A DNA stretch of 64,000 nt, from contig CALRFU010000005.1 in the NCBI GenBank assembly GCA_943356775.1, positions 11,671 to 75,670 on the forward strand, in the 5' to 3' direction. Both the position numbers and the translations under genes were made by a program. Of the stretch, positions 30,160-38,360 are shown piece after piece. Within the stretch, counting starts at the first letter, position 1. Each line of letters starts with the position of its first letter. Origin of the DNA: Candidatus Nomurabacteria bacterium. GTDB taxonomy: Bacteria; Patescibacteriota; Minisyncoccia; Phycocordibacterales; UBA2100. Under the pieces are notes generated by a model. That model searched no databases. It was not told the origin of the DNA and saw nothing but the letters and a program-made list of their open reading frames with translations.

Positions 30160-30432
30160 TTAGAGCGACAAGAGATATTCGTCCATCTCTTTCGCGTTTT
30201 TAAAAGCGATCATGTTTTTGCCCGACTTTATATCCCGCATAGCTTCCTTGATCGCCTTCCGTGTTTCGGCATTTGGGATTTCCGGCCGTTCAAACACAAC
30301 GCGCTGATCAGTAACAAAATCCTTCAAGTATCGATTGATTATCGTCCCGAGTGGAAGACCAAGGTCACGTGCCACCTCTTGGGCCTTCTTTTTAAGTTTG
30401 GCGTCCGTTTTGACCGAAAGCATGGTCTTCAT
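30160..30432 (-). CDS. RelB/DinJ-family antitoxin
   Basis: VKTD..LK..A..VA..LGL.L..II..YL...PNAET..AI.E; adjacent to the toxin. Confidence 0.9.
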   Translation of the reverse strand: MKTMLSVKTDAKLKKKAQEVARDLGLPLGTIINRYLKDFVTDQRVVFERPEIPNAETRKAIKEAMRDIKSGKNMIAFKNAKEMDEYLLSL

Positions 30433-30480
30433 ATATCCAAAGTATATACAAAGGATATTACGCGTCAAGCGTGCATAGTA

Positions 30481-31170
30481 TCACCACCCCTTGGCGATGA
30501 GGGCCTTTTGCGCTGCGTCCTGCTCCGCCTCTTGTTTGGACCGGCCTTCGCCTATCGCCAGCTTCTCGGTCCCTATAAACGCGCCGATGAGAAATACTTT
30601 GTCGTGGTCAGGTCCGGTCTGACTCATCACCTGATAGGTGGGCGTGATGCCGTTTTTTTCCTGGGCCACTTCCTGCAACTTGCTTTTGGCGTCCTGCCAG
30701 AGCCTGTTGGCAACGACGTCGTCGGTCTTATGAAAAAGCTGGTCTGCAATGAATTTTTTCGCCGTCTCATACCCTGAATCGAGATACAAAGCACCGATGA
30801 GTGCCTCAAACGCATTCGCAAGGATTATCAATCGCGCACGGCCCACGTCTTTCGATTCCCCCTTCGAGAGCATGAGGTATTCATTTATCCCAAGCTTCGT
30901 CCCCGCATCCGCGATACTCTGCGTATTCACGAGAGCCGCACGAAATGCGGTTAATTCTCCTTCCGGCTTCTCGGGATATTTTGCGTACAAAAATTCGGTG
31001 ACGACGAGTTCCAAGACAGCATCTCCGAGAAATTCGAGGCGCTCGTTGTGCTCACGGCCGGCAGCCCGGTTCTCGTTGAGATACGAACGATGCGTAAAAG
31101 CCGTCTCGAGCAGACGCTTATCGTTGAATGAGTATCCGAGCTTAGTCTCGAAGGCCGCGAGTTCCGCCAT
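30481..31170 (-). CDS. rnc: Ribonuclease III
   Basis: NERLEFLGDAVL signature plus C-terminal dsRBD. Confidence 0.97.
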   Translation of the reverse strand: MAELAAFETKLGYSFNDKRLLETAFTHRSYLNENRAAGREHNERLEFLGDAVLELVVTEFLYAKYPEKPEGELTAFRAALVNTQSIADAGTKLGINEYLMLSKGESKDVGRARLIILANAFEALIGALYLDSGYETAKKFIADQLFHKTDDVVANRLWQDAKSKLQEVAQEKNGITPTYQVMSQTGPDHDKVFLIGAFIGTEKLAIGEGRSKQEAEQDAAQKALIAKGW

Positions 31171-31172
31171 AG

Positions 31173-32126
31173 CTACTTTTTCTTACGCGGACGGGAAGGA
31201 GCCGCAGGCGTGTCGGGCTTTTCTTTTTGCGCGAGCACGTTGATGGCGGGGACAATTATTTTCAAAGTATCGTCGTACAGGTTCAAATCACCGACGGCGG
31301 AGAGTGGAAACCATTGCGCATCGTCGAGACCTCCGCTGCTTCCGAGTCTGATTTCTGAGAAAGGAGATTCGGCGAGGAAGTAGCTCACGCGCTTGCGCTT
31401 CTTGCCGCCTTCGACTTTTGAGTCATTGGCCACATATTCGTTGACGCCGAGTTCTTGGACAATTTTAATATCAAGCCCCATCTCTTCTTTTATTTCGCGA
31501 ATCGCACCAGTCTGCACGTCTTCACCTTCTTCTATCTTGCCTTTTGAGAGCGTCCAGTGACCGAAGATATCGTGGACAAATGCGAGATACGTCTCCCCTT
31601 CTGAACGTGCAAAAACGACAGCACCCGCCAAATGCTCTGTCGGCATTTTTACCGGCTTTTGTCCGACGTCTTTGCGGACGCCGCCCTCATTTTTGCCTGG
31701 CTCGCCAAGCTCGACGTACACAGCACCCAAGACGCCGTTTACGAATCGCCCCGAGGATTCACTGCCGAAAGATTTCGCAAGCTCTATTGCTTCATTGATA
31801 GCGACTTTTGCTGGCACTTGTGTGCGGTCCGAAAAGAGAAGCTCGGTGAGCCCGAGGCGCAGGACGTTGCGGTCGATTGCCGCGATGCGGTCTATCGGCC
31901 ACTCCGGTGCGGCACGCACAATGACTTCGTCTATTTCTTTTTGTTTGGCGACCGCAGTAGAAAGGAGTTCTTTCATGAACGGCATGTCAGAGTCGCGTGC
32001 GCCGAATTCTTTACCGTAATCGAGAAGCCGGGAGACTGCTTCGTCGCTTGTCATCTTGCCCTCCGAAGAGTCGCGCTCAAAGAGCACTTGGAGAACGACT
32101 GAACGAGCAAGGTGTCTATTTGCCAT
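31173..32126 (-). CDS. nusB: NusB fused to a NUDIX hydrolase
   Basis: DRNVLRLG, VAINEAIELAK.FG...FVNGVLG, then Nudix box GKIEEGEDVQTGAIREIKEEMG. Confidence 0.9.
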   Translation of the reverse strand: MANRHLARSVVLQVLFERDSSEGKMTSDEAVSRLLDYGKEFGARDSDMPFMKELLSTAVAKQKEIDEVIVRAAPEWPIDRIAAIDRNVLRLGLTELLFSDRTQVPAKVAINEAIELAKSFGSESSGRFVNGVLGAVYVELGEPGKNEGGVRKDVGQKPVKMPTEHLAGAVVFARSEGETYLAFVHDIFGHWTLSKGKIEEGEDVQTGAIREIKEEMGLDIKIVQELGVNEYVANDSKVEGGKKRKRVSYFLAESPFSEIRLGSSGGLDDAQWFPLSAVGDLNLYDDTLKIIVPAINVLAQKEKPDTPAAPSRPRKKK

Positions 32127-32268
32127 AATACAAGAGCTGCTTCACAAAGAAGTATACCCCATGAGATACCGACTTCAATTGCGCAAGGTGTTGATTAATA
32201 GATTGTGAGGATCGGCGTCGGATACAAAAATAAAAAACATCTCACGGGGCGAGCACAAAAAGGCGGGC

Positions 32269-32544
32269 TTAGACGGCCTGCGTGGTCTCTTTTTCTTTCG
32301 TCTCTTCGGATTGTCCGCTCGCGCGCAATTCGGTCTGCTTGCGCTTCTGGCGACGCGCGGTGCGCTTAGCGGCCGCGACAATATCGATAACTACTTTACC
32401 GTTGTACTTGCCGCACTCCGGACATGCGCGGTGAGACATGCGGGAAGCGCCACACTCGCATTTTGTGAGGCGTTGACCGGAAATAGCGTGATTGCTGCGC
32501 CGTTTTGCGGTCTGGGAACGATTCTTACGCATTCGTACTACCAT
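32269..32544 (-). CDS. rpmF: 50S ribosomal protein L32 with C-terminal extension
   Basis: KRRSNH, CECG...HRACPECGKYNG. Confidence 0.9.
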   Translation of the reverse strand: MVVRMRKNRSQTAKRRSNHAISGQRLTKCECGASRMSHRACPECGKYNGKVVIDIVAAAKRTARRQKRKQTELRASGQSEETKEKETTQAV

Positions 32545-32555
32545 ATGTGGGAGGA

Positions 32556-33158
32556 TTATACAGACTTTGAGCCAACGTGCAATCTCGAACAGAATGTTGC
32601 GCGGTGTATCTCAGAGAGTCCGCAGCGGGCTATGACCGACAGGTGGGAGGCGGTGCCGTACCCTTTATGGACATGGAAATCGTATGCTGGGTACTTCGGC
32701 GAGAGCCGCTTCATCATTCTGTCCCGTGTGACCTTGGCCATAACGGATGCGAGTGAAATAGCGGGCTCGGTGTCGTCTCCACGGATAATTGTCTCCTGAT
32801 AGATGTACTCTTCCGGCGCCTTGAGGCTGCCGTCCAGCAGCACGCGACAGTCCGCGGGCGCAACTTCGAAGCGGGAAAGTGCTTCGGCGAGTGCGCGCTT
32901 GATGGCAGGCACGATTCCGTACGTATCAATATATGCGGCTGAGGACGTTGATACCGAGAAGCGGAGTGCGGACGTTTTTTCGAGCTCCCGCGTACGCTCA
33001 AATATTTCTTCGCGCACTTTTTCTGAAAGTTTCTTGGAGTCCCGGACGCCTTCTACGAGGCTCCAATCAAAATCTACCGGTACCAAGACCGCGCCGACAG
33101 AAACAGGCCCCGCGAGTGGTCCGCGCCCCGCTTCGTCAATACCTATGAGGTAATTCAT
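32556..33158 (-). CDS. rnhB: Ribonuclease HII
   Basis: GIDEAGRGPLAGPV, DSKKL, ASVMAKVTRD, HKGYGT. Confidence 0.96.
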   Translation of the reverse strand: MNYLIGIDEAGRGPLAGPVSVGAVLVPVDFDWSLVEGVRDSKKLSEKVREEIFERTRELEKTSALRFSVSTSSAAYIDTYGIVPAIKRALAEALSRFEVAPADCRVLLDGSLKAPEEYIYQETIIRGDDTEPAISLASVMAKVTRDRMMKRLSPKYPAYDFHVHKGYGTASHLSVIARCGLSEIHRATFCSRLHVGSKSV

Positions 33159-33175
33159 TTGTAAATCATAGCAAG

Positions 33176-33203
33176 AGAAGAGGCCACACGTGGGTGGCCT
33201 CTT
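33176..33203 (-). terminator. Hairpin/terminator
   Basis: GAAGAGGCCAC...GTGGCCTCTTC. Confidence 0.55.
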
Positions 33204-33223
33204 CGGTAGCGACGTTTCAGACG

Positions 33224-33388
33224 TCAGTCAGATTGTGGATTGTCCTCCGGAGCGGATGGCCGTGTCGGCCCCGGGTATGGTCCCATTCGTGCAACCTCTT
33301 CACGTTCGCAGGCGGCCGCCGTTCTGGCCGATGCCTCATCCGCTAAAATGCCTTCTTCAAACTTTTTGCCCTTTGTCCGCCGCGACAT
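33224..33388 (-). CDS. Small hypothetical protein (54 aa)
   Basis: SD GGAG; MSRRTKGKKFEEG...; followed by a hairpin. Confidence 0.4.
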   Translation of the reverse strand: MSRRTKGKKFEEGILADEASARTAAACEREEVARMGPYPGPTRPSAPEDNPQSD

Positions 33389-33518
33389 TCGAAGTACTCC
33401 ATCGGATTCCGGCTCCGACTTTGTTGTTTGCGCATTATGCGCTTGGTAGCCAGACCGCACTGTAATTTGCAAAGAGCGTGTGGTCAATGTGGAAAACTCT
33501 CGATGATATACTCGACGT

Positions 33519-36500
33519 ATGTCACGCGCCGACTTCGTCCATCTCCATACCCACTCCCACTATTCTCTCCTTGAAGCACTCCCCAAAATCCCCGACCTCG
33601 TCGCCGCGGCGGCCAAAGACGGACAGACAGCACTCGCTTTGACCGACAACGGCAACCTCTACGGCGCGATAGATTTCTACAAAGAGTGCAAAGAAAATGC
33701 GCTCAAACCGATTATCGGCGTCGACTTCTACGTCGCGCCGCGTACGAGAGCGCAAAAAGAACATCGGATTGATGAACACACCTCTCGGCTCGTCTTGCTC
33801 GCCAAAGACGAGACAGGCTACCGCAACCTCATGCAGTTGGTCTCTAAGGCACATCTTGAAGGATTTTATTACCGCCCGCGCATCGACCATGAGCTCATTG
33901 AGGCGCACCGGGAGGGCCTGGTCGCTATACTTCCCTCTTTTGGCGGCGAACACGCGAAGCATCTTCGTGAAGGTAATTCCGGGAAAGCGCGGGAAACGCT
34001 CGATTGGCACAAACGGGTATACGGCGGCGACCTCTTCCTCGAAATTACCCGCCATCCGGAGATAGATGGGCACGAAAAAGAAATGCAGGCACTCATCGCG
34101 CTCGGACGTGAAGCGGAAGTCCCCCTCGTCGCCGCACAAGATACCTACTATCTGAAAAAGGAGGATGCGCTTGCGCGCGAACTCGTGCGAAAAATCCGCA
34201 GTGCGAGCGTTCTTAATCGCGACTTCGAGAACGGCGCGCCTGATTTCTCTTTTACCCCCTATGCTCGGATGCAAGAACTTTTCAAAGATATCCCGGAAGC
34301 GTTGGGGAATACCGGACGCATAGCCGACAGATGCAATCTTGAACTGAAGCTCGGTACCTGGGTATTTCCCGCTTTTCCTATACCCCAAGGAAGCACCGCC
34401 AACGCCGAGCTCCGCGCGCTGGCCGAAAAAGGTTTCCAGACCCGTGGAATCGCCGAGTCCAAAGAGAACAAAGAACGCGTCGAGTATGAACTCTCTATCA
34501 TCGGGAGCAAGGGGTATTCGCCCTATTTTCTCGTCGTCGCCGACCTCCTGCGTCACGCCCGCGAAAAGGGTATTCTCACCAACACAAGAGGAAGTGCCGC
34601 GGGCTCTCTCGTCTCATACCTCTCCGGAATCACCACGGTGAACCCTATCGAATATCAATTGCCGTTCGAGCGCTTCCTGAATCCCGAGCGCCCCAGCCCG
34701 CCTGATATCGACATGGACCTCGCCGACAATCGGCGCGATGAACTCATCGCATATGTGCGTGGAAAATACGGCGAGGACAAGGTCGCGCAAATCGGAACTT
34801 TCGGCACCATGATGGCGCGCGCGGCGGTGCGCGACGTCTCCCGCGCACTCGGACATCCGTACAGTCTCGGCGACACGATTGCGAAGCTCATTCCTTTCGG
34901 CAAACAAGGATTCCCCGTAACGATTCAAAGCGCATTGAAAGAAACACCGGAGTTGGACGAACTGTATAAAAACAACGCGGATGCGCGCGAGGTCCTCGAC
35001 CTCGCACAAAAGGTTGAAGGCAATGCACGGCACGTCGGCGTCCACGCCGCCGGAGTGGTCATCGCTCCGACCGCCGTTACGGATTACTCCCCCATCCAAA
35101 TTGACCCAAAAGGAAATCACATCATTACGCAGTACGATATGTATGCGATTGAAGAGGCGGGCTTACTCAAATTCGACTTTCTTGGTCTCACCAACCTCTC
35201 GGTCCTCGCAGATGCCGTCGCGCGCGTGCAAGACCGACTCAATGTGGCGGTCGACCTCGACACACTCCCACTCGATGATGCAAAAACATTCGAACTCCTT
35301 TCTCGTGGCGAGACGCTCGGAGTCTTCCAACTCGCAGGTGGTGGCATGACGGCTTACCTCGTAGACCTGAAGCCCACGACGATTCACGATATCAACGCGA
35401 TGGTTGCGCTCTACCGCCCGGGTCCGATGGCTTTTATTCCTGCGTACATCGAACGCAAGAAAAATCCAAAACTCGTGGAGTACCTCGACCCGCGCATGGA
35501 GGCAATTCTCAAAAATTCATACGGGGTTATCACCTACCAGGACGACGTCTTGGCACTCGCGATAAATATAGCCGGATACTCCTGGCTCGAAGCCGACAAA
35601 TTCCGTAAAGCGATGGGAAAAAAGATTCCGAAGGAAATGGCCGCGCAAAAGGCAATCTTTATAAAAGGCTGCGTTGCGGGAGGAATGAAGAAAGACGCCG
35701 TGCAAAAACTGTGGGAACAGATAGAAACATTCGCCGCATACGGATTCAACAAAGCGCACGCAGCGAGCTACGGCAACCTTGCCTATAAGACCGCATATAT
35801 GAAAGCCAATTTCCCCGTCGATTACATGTCTGCGGTACTCACCGCCGACGCGGGCGATGTGGAGAAAATCTCTGAAGTCGTTGCCGAATGTAAGCGCATG
35901 GGCATCGAAGTTCTTCCTCCTTCCATCAACGAGAGCAAAGGCAACTTCACCGTTATTAATGAAAAATCTATCCGCTTCGGACTGTATTCAATAAAAAACT
36001 TTGGTGTGGGTGTGGGCGACTCCATCATTGCCGCACGAGAATCAGCCGGACCATTCGTCGATATTGCAGATTTTCTTTCGCGCATCCCCGATAAGAATTT
36101 GAATAAGAAATCCCTCGAATCCTTGATTCAGTGCGGTGCACTCGACCAGCTCGGCGAGCGCGGCTCTCTCATGCACAATTCCGAGCTTCTACTCGGATTC
36201 CATCGTGAGAAAACAAAAGGTCCAATCGACCAAGGTTCGCTCTTTTCCTCGACTGCGCTCGGAACAAGTGGCACCCCCACACTACGCCTTCCTCCGGCGC
36301 CGGAGGCGACACTCGATGAACGCTTGATATGGGAAAAAGAATTGCTCGGCCTGTATATCTCCGGACACCCGCTCGACAAACACAAGAGCAAATTCAACGA
36401 CGAAAAAAAGAGTATCAAGTACGCCAAAGAACATCACAGGGGTGTCGAGACCGTCATCGCGGGATTCGTGGAAAGCTCCCGTATCAACATGACGAAAAAC

Positions 36501-36686
36501 GGAGAAAAGATGGCATTTATCAAACTCGCGGACTTTTCAGATTCAATTGAGATAGTCGTCTTCCCGCGTACATTCAAAGAAAGCGAGAGCATCCTTGCAC
36601 CCGGCCTATGTGTCGCGGTCAAAGGAAGAGTTTCGGAGCGAAACGGCGAAATCAGCTTCGTCGTTGAGCGCGCAAAAGCCCTGTGA
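33519..36686 (+). CDS. dnaE: DNA polymerase III alpha subunit
   Basis: HLH.HS.YSLL PHP domain, RGSAAGS, PDIDMD, KFDFLGL, YGFNKAH. Confidence 0.98.
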   Translation: MSRADFVHLHTHSHYSLLEALPKIPDLVAAAAKDGQTALALTDNGNLYGAIDFYKECKENALKPIIGVDFYVAPRTRAQKEHRIDEHTSRLVLLAKDETGYRNLMQLVSKAHLEGFYYRPRIDHELIEAHREGLVAILPSFGGEHAKHLREGNSGKARETLDWHKRVYGGDLFLEITRHPEIDGHEKEMQALIALGREAEVPLVAAQDTYYLKKEDALARELVRKIRSASVLNRDFENGAPDFSFTPYARMQELFKDIPEALGNTGRIADRCNLELKLGTWVFPAFPIPQGSTANAELRALAEKGFQTRGIAESKENKERVEYELSIIGSKGYSPYFLVVADLLRHAREKGILTNTRGSAAGSLVSYLSGITTVNPIEYQLPFERFLNPERPSPPDIDMDLADNRRDELIAYVRGKYGEDKVAQIGTFGTMMARAAVRDVSRALGHPYSLGDTIAKLIPFGKQGFPVTIQSALKETPELDELYKNNADAREVLDLAQKVEGNARHVGVHAAGVVIAPTAVTDYSPIQIDPKGNHIITQYDMYAIEEAGLLKFDFLGLTNLSVLADAVARVQDRLNVAVDLDTLPLDDAKTFELLSRGETLGVFQLAGGGMTAYLVDLKPTTIHDINAMVALYRPGPMAFIPAYIERKKNPKLVEYLDPRMEAILKNSYGVITYQDDVLALAINIAGYSWLEADKFRKAMGKKIPKEMAAQKAIFIKGCVAGGMKKDAVQKLWEQIETFAAYGFNKAHAASYGNLAYKTAYMKANFPVDYMSAVLTADAGDVEKISEVVAECKRMGIEVLPPSINESKGNFTVINEKSIRFGLYSIKNFGVGVGDSIIAARESAGPFVDIADFLSRIPDKNLNKKSLESLIQCGALDQLGERGSLMHNSELLLGFHREKTKGPIDQGSLFSSTALGTSGTPTLRLPPAPEATLDERLIWEKELLGLYISGHPLDKHKSKFNDEKKSIKYAKEHHRGVETVIAGFVESSRINMTKNGEKMAFIKLADFSDSIEIVVFPRTFKESESILAPGLCVAVKGRVSERNGEISFVVERAKAL

Positions 36687-36693
36687 GTATCCG

Positions 36694-36722
36694 TTGACAC
36701 CGAAGCTGCAGAACGCTAGGAT
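36694..36722 (+). promoter_or_regulatory. Sigma70 promoter of the T-box/thrS transcript
   Basis: TTGACA-17 nt-TAGGAT. Confidence 0.65.
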
Positions 36723-36728
36723 GGACGC

Positions 36729-36897
36729 ATCAGAGATTGCTCCGGCTACGAACCGGAGGCCTGCTAAAAACGGGAGCGAAAGCCTAATCTGAAGAGAAAA
36801 AGTGCCCTTCGGGGAAACTAGGTGGGACCGCGGTTCAAGTGAAATCGCCCTAGTGAGTGTACGAACCTTTCGTACGTTCACTCGGGCGCTTTTTATT
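36729..36897 (+). ncRNA. T-box riboswitch leader of thrS
   Basis: AAACTAGG-TGGGACC-GCG pairs with CGC-CCTAG (antiterminator with a 7-nt bulge); mutually exclusive terminator 36846-36895; small UUCG hairpin before the T-box. Confidence 0.85.
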
Positions 36898-36916
36898 ATC
36901 CAATTAATTGATTGAC

Positions 36917-36965
36917 GGCCGCGTAACAATTGACGCCACGCGGCATGATTTCGCAAAATCACATG
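36917..36965 (+). promoter_or_regulatory. 49-bp conserved upstream module, copy 1
   Basis: GGCCGCGT-N13-ACGCGGC-ATGATTTCGCAAAATCAC-ATG; near-identical to 59923-59971. Confidence 0.75.
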
Positions 36966-38207
36966 GCTAACGAACCTCAGGCAGACGCGAACGAGCGCGA
37001 CCATAAGAAGCTGGGTAAGGAACTCGACCTCTTTACCTTCTCCGACTCCGTCGGCAAAGGACTTCCCCTCTGGACGCCGAAAGGTTCTGCAATCCGCCGC
37101 GAGCTCGAGCGTTTCATCGTTGATGAAGAGATCCGGCGCGGCTACCAGCACGTCTACACACCGGACATCGCAAAGCTCGATCTCTACCGCAAATCCGGAC
37201 ACTATCCGCACTACAAGGATTCGATGTATGCACCGATTGTTATCGACGAGGAGGAATTCATGCTCCGCCCGATGACCTGCCCGCACCACTTCGAGCTCTA
37301 CCTCGACAAGCCGCACAGCTACCGCGAATTGCCGATGCGCATCGCGGAGCTCGCCAAACTCTACCGCTACGAGCAATCAGGAGAATTGATGGGTCTGCAG
37401 CGCGTGCGCTCGTTCTGCCTCGCCGACGCACACATCATCTGTGCTTCCGAAGAACAGGCCGCCGACGAAGTATCCAAGGCGCTTGACCTCATCGTCTACG
37501 TCGCGAGCGTCTTCGGCCTCATACAAGGTGAGAACTATCACTTCCGCCTCTCGCTCGGAGACCGCACCAACACCGAGAAGTACTACAAAAACGATGCAGC
37601 ATGGGAGAAAGGTGAAAAACTTTTGCGCGAACTCCTGGAAAAGCGCGGCGAGAAATTCGAAGAAGCAAAAGACGAAGCGGCTTTCTATGGCCCGAAGATA
37701 GACATCCAGATGAAAAATGTGAATGGCAAAGAAGATACGGCCTTTACCGTGCAATACGACTTCTGCATGCCGGAACGTTTTAATCTCACCTATACGGGAG
37801 CAGACGGAGCCCAGCACCGGGCATTTGTCGTCCACCGCTCATCCATCGGGGCAATCGAGCGCATCGTTGCCTTCCTCATCGAACACTACGCGGGCAACTT
37901 CCCCCTCTGGCTCTCTCCTGTGCAAGCAAAAATCCTTCCAGTGTCCGAGAAGCACGCTGCATACGCACAAGAAATCCTCGAGCAATTCCGTGCGGCCGAT
38001 ATCCGCGTCGAGCTCAGCGCCGATGATTCACTCGGCAAGCGCATCCGTGGTGCAAAGATGGAAAAGGTCCCCTACGTGCTCGTCGTCGGAGATGCCGAGG
38101 TAGAAGCGAAGACGGCTACGCTCGAAGGCCGCGCCGGAAAGATAGGCGCACTCCCTGTTGCTGACATCATCGCGAGACTGAAAGAAGAAATCCGAACTCA
38201 CCAATAA
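36963..38207 (+). CDS. thrS: Threonine--tRNA ligase lacking N-terminal TGS/editing domains
   Basis: RDHKKLG.ELDLF, LRPMTCPHH, YRYEQSGE, AAFYGPKID, HR...G.IER. Confidence 0.96.
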   Translation: MANEPQADANERDHKKLGKELDLFTFSDSVGKGLPLWTPKGSAIRRELERFIVDEEIRRGYQHVYTPDIAKLDLYRKSGHYPHYKDSMYAPIVIDEEEFMLRPMTCPHHFELYLDKPHSYRELPMRIAELAKLYRYEQSGELMGLQRVRSFCLADAHIICASEEQAADEVSKALDLIVYVASVFGLIQGENYHFRLSLGDRTNTEKYYKNDAAWEKGEKLLRELLEKRGEKFEEAKDEAAFYGPKIDIQMKNVNGKEDTAFTVQYDFCMPERFNLTYTGADGAQHRAFVVHRSSIGAIERIVAFLIEHYAGNFPLWLSPVQAKILPVSEKHAAYAQEILEQFRAADIRVELSADDSLGKRIRGAKMEKVPYVLVVGDAEVEAKTATLEGRAGKIGALPVADIIARLKEEIRTHQ

Positions 38208-38224
38208 TCTCCCCGAATTACTCA

Positions 38225-38262
38225 ATACATAATAAGCATGCGACCGCATGCTTATTATGTAT
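38225..38262. repeat. Solo 38-bp palindrome (core TGCGACCGCA)
   Basis: ATACATAATAAGCATGCG-AC-CGCATGCTTATTATGTAT, 18 perfect pairs. Confidence 0.9.
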
Positions 38263-38300
38263 GTGCGAAAACAGAACTTATTGATGTCTCGGAGAGAAAT

Positions 38301-38334
38301 AACAAAAACTCCCCCGTTCGGGGGAGTTTTTGTT
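38301..38334. terminator. Bidirectional intrinsic terminator
   Basis: AACAAAAACTCCCC-cgttc-GGGGAGTTTTTGTT between convergent genes. Confidence 0.8.
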
Positions 38335-38360
38335 TTCACCTTGGAGCGTCGGGCGGCGGG

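Noticed and set aside
33488-33496. DnaA-box-like TGTGGAAAA upstream of dnaE (also 9029-9037)
   Set aside because: Single one-mismatch 9-mers, not clustered; compatible with chance and not evidence of an origin
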